Of a stretch of DNA of 64,000 nt, positions 63,466 to 64,000 are shown in pieces. The stretch comes from an uncultured Chitinophaga sp. (GTDB lineage Bacteria > Bacteroidota > Bacteroidia > 2-12-FULL-35-15), in the NCBI GenBank assembly GCA_964456225.1, contig CAYWAV010000001.1:100179-164178 (forward strand), written 5' to 3'. The position numbers and the translations under genes were made by a program. The notes below the pieces were generated by a model. The model saw only the letters and a list, made by a program, of their open reading frames with translations. It was not told the origin of the DNA and did no database searches. Numbering within the stretch: position 1 is the stretch's first letter; every line of letters begins with the position of its first letter.

Positions 63466-64000
63466 TTATTTTTTACCAATGACTTTTTGGGAAGTCCTGA
63501 ATACGAAATTCATTCCGCTCATTTTTTTTGCATCTTTTAAATAAGCAAAGAAACCAACCTTATTGGGGGTATTTGAATCCACTTTGTCTAAATAATAAGC
63601 TGGCAGTCCCGGAAATGCATGATGCAGCTCATGAAGGTTAAAGTTTAAGAAAAATACTTTTGCGATCATTCTGTAGATATTTAAACTTCTGGTATAAATG
63701 ATCTGGTCTTTGTAACGCAATGGTCTTACAATCTCTTGATTTGCAATTGGAATTTCAATGTGGGAATGTTGACTCAAAATAAATAAATCCGAAATAATTA
63801 AACTTGTGAGATAAGCAATTAACAAATGTTTCAGGATCCAACTACCAAAAAAATAAAATACAACTGTATAAATAATTAGCTGAATAACAATGTTGATTAT
63901 TATTGAAGATAATTCATTTTTTGAAACATGTCTTTTTAATTTCGACAGATTCCAGTAATTTCCTATCCGATAACCAATAGTGAATAATGGGATCCAGAAG
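63466..64000 (-). CDS. Fatty-acid desaturase family membrane protein, N-terminus outside window
   Basis: The minus frame is open from 63466 to the window end, with no tta/cta/tca codons in that frame. His-box motifs SQHSH and HELHHAFPGLPAYY. Confidence 0.7.
   Translation of the reverse strand, partial: FWIPLFTIGYRIGNYWNLSKLKRHVSKNELSSIIINIVIQLIIYTVVFYFFGSWILKHLLIAYLTSLIISDLFILSQHSHIEIPIANQEIVRPLRYKDQIIYTRSLNIYRMIAKVFFLNFNLHELHHAFPGLPAYYLDKVDSNTPNKVGFFAYLKDAKKMSGMNFVFRTSQKVIGKK

Noticed and set aside
63220-63540. 106-aa plus-strand ORF spanning the uvrA start region and the next spacer
   Set aside because: It overlaps the uvrA N-terminus antisense and the desaturase C-terminus antisense, with no motifs and composition-driven openness.

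Overview
AT-rich chromosomal segment with Bacteroidota hallmarks, probably Flavobacteriia-like: TAnnTTTG -7 boxes, a T9SS type-B C-terminal sorting domain, a Bat aerotolerance operon and a Rho with a long insertion. It is mostly housekeeping and envelope genes. These include argS with an arginine decarboxylase/ureohydrolase pair, ftsK-lolA, clpB, cbpA-cbpM, recF-DUF721, ribH, three tRNAs (Ser-GCU, Pro-UGG, Arg-UCU), a peptide-type ABC importer next to mpl, rho, a 1285-aa T9SS adhesin, the moxR-DUF58-batABCDE operon, truA, an MsbA-like exporter, uvrA and a desaturase cut by the window edge. Accessory content is small: a HigB/HigA toxin-antitoxin pair beside a decayed zinc-ribbon gene, and a tandem array of three TPR-TM-PP2C (SpoIIE-type) sensor phosphatases whose third copy is truncated and carries two nonsense codons. 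The most interesting unexplained signals are: (1) two hidden ~50-aa paralogous ORFs below the ORF-track cutoff, one beside clpB and one beside cbpA, the second heading a 0.94-kb gap with further small ORFs; (2) an SPFH(YdjI-like)-GYF plus double zinc-ribbon membrane protein pair with no PspA; (3) several families of short dispersed repeats that fill nearly every intergenic spacer, create false N-terminal ORF extensions, and sit in frame inside ftsK and uvrA. No CRISPR array, integrase, transposase or rRNA was seen.
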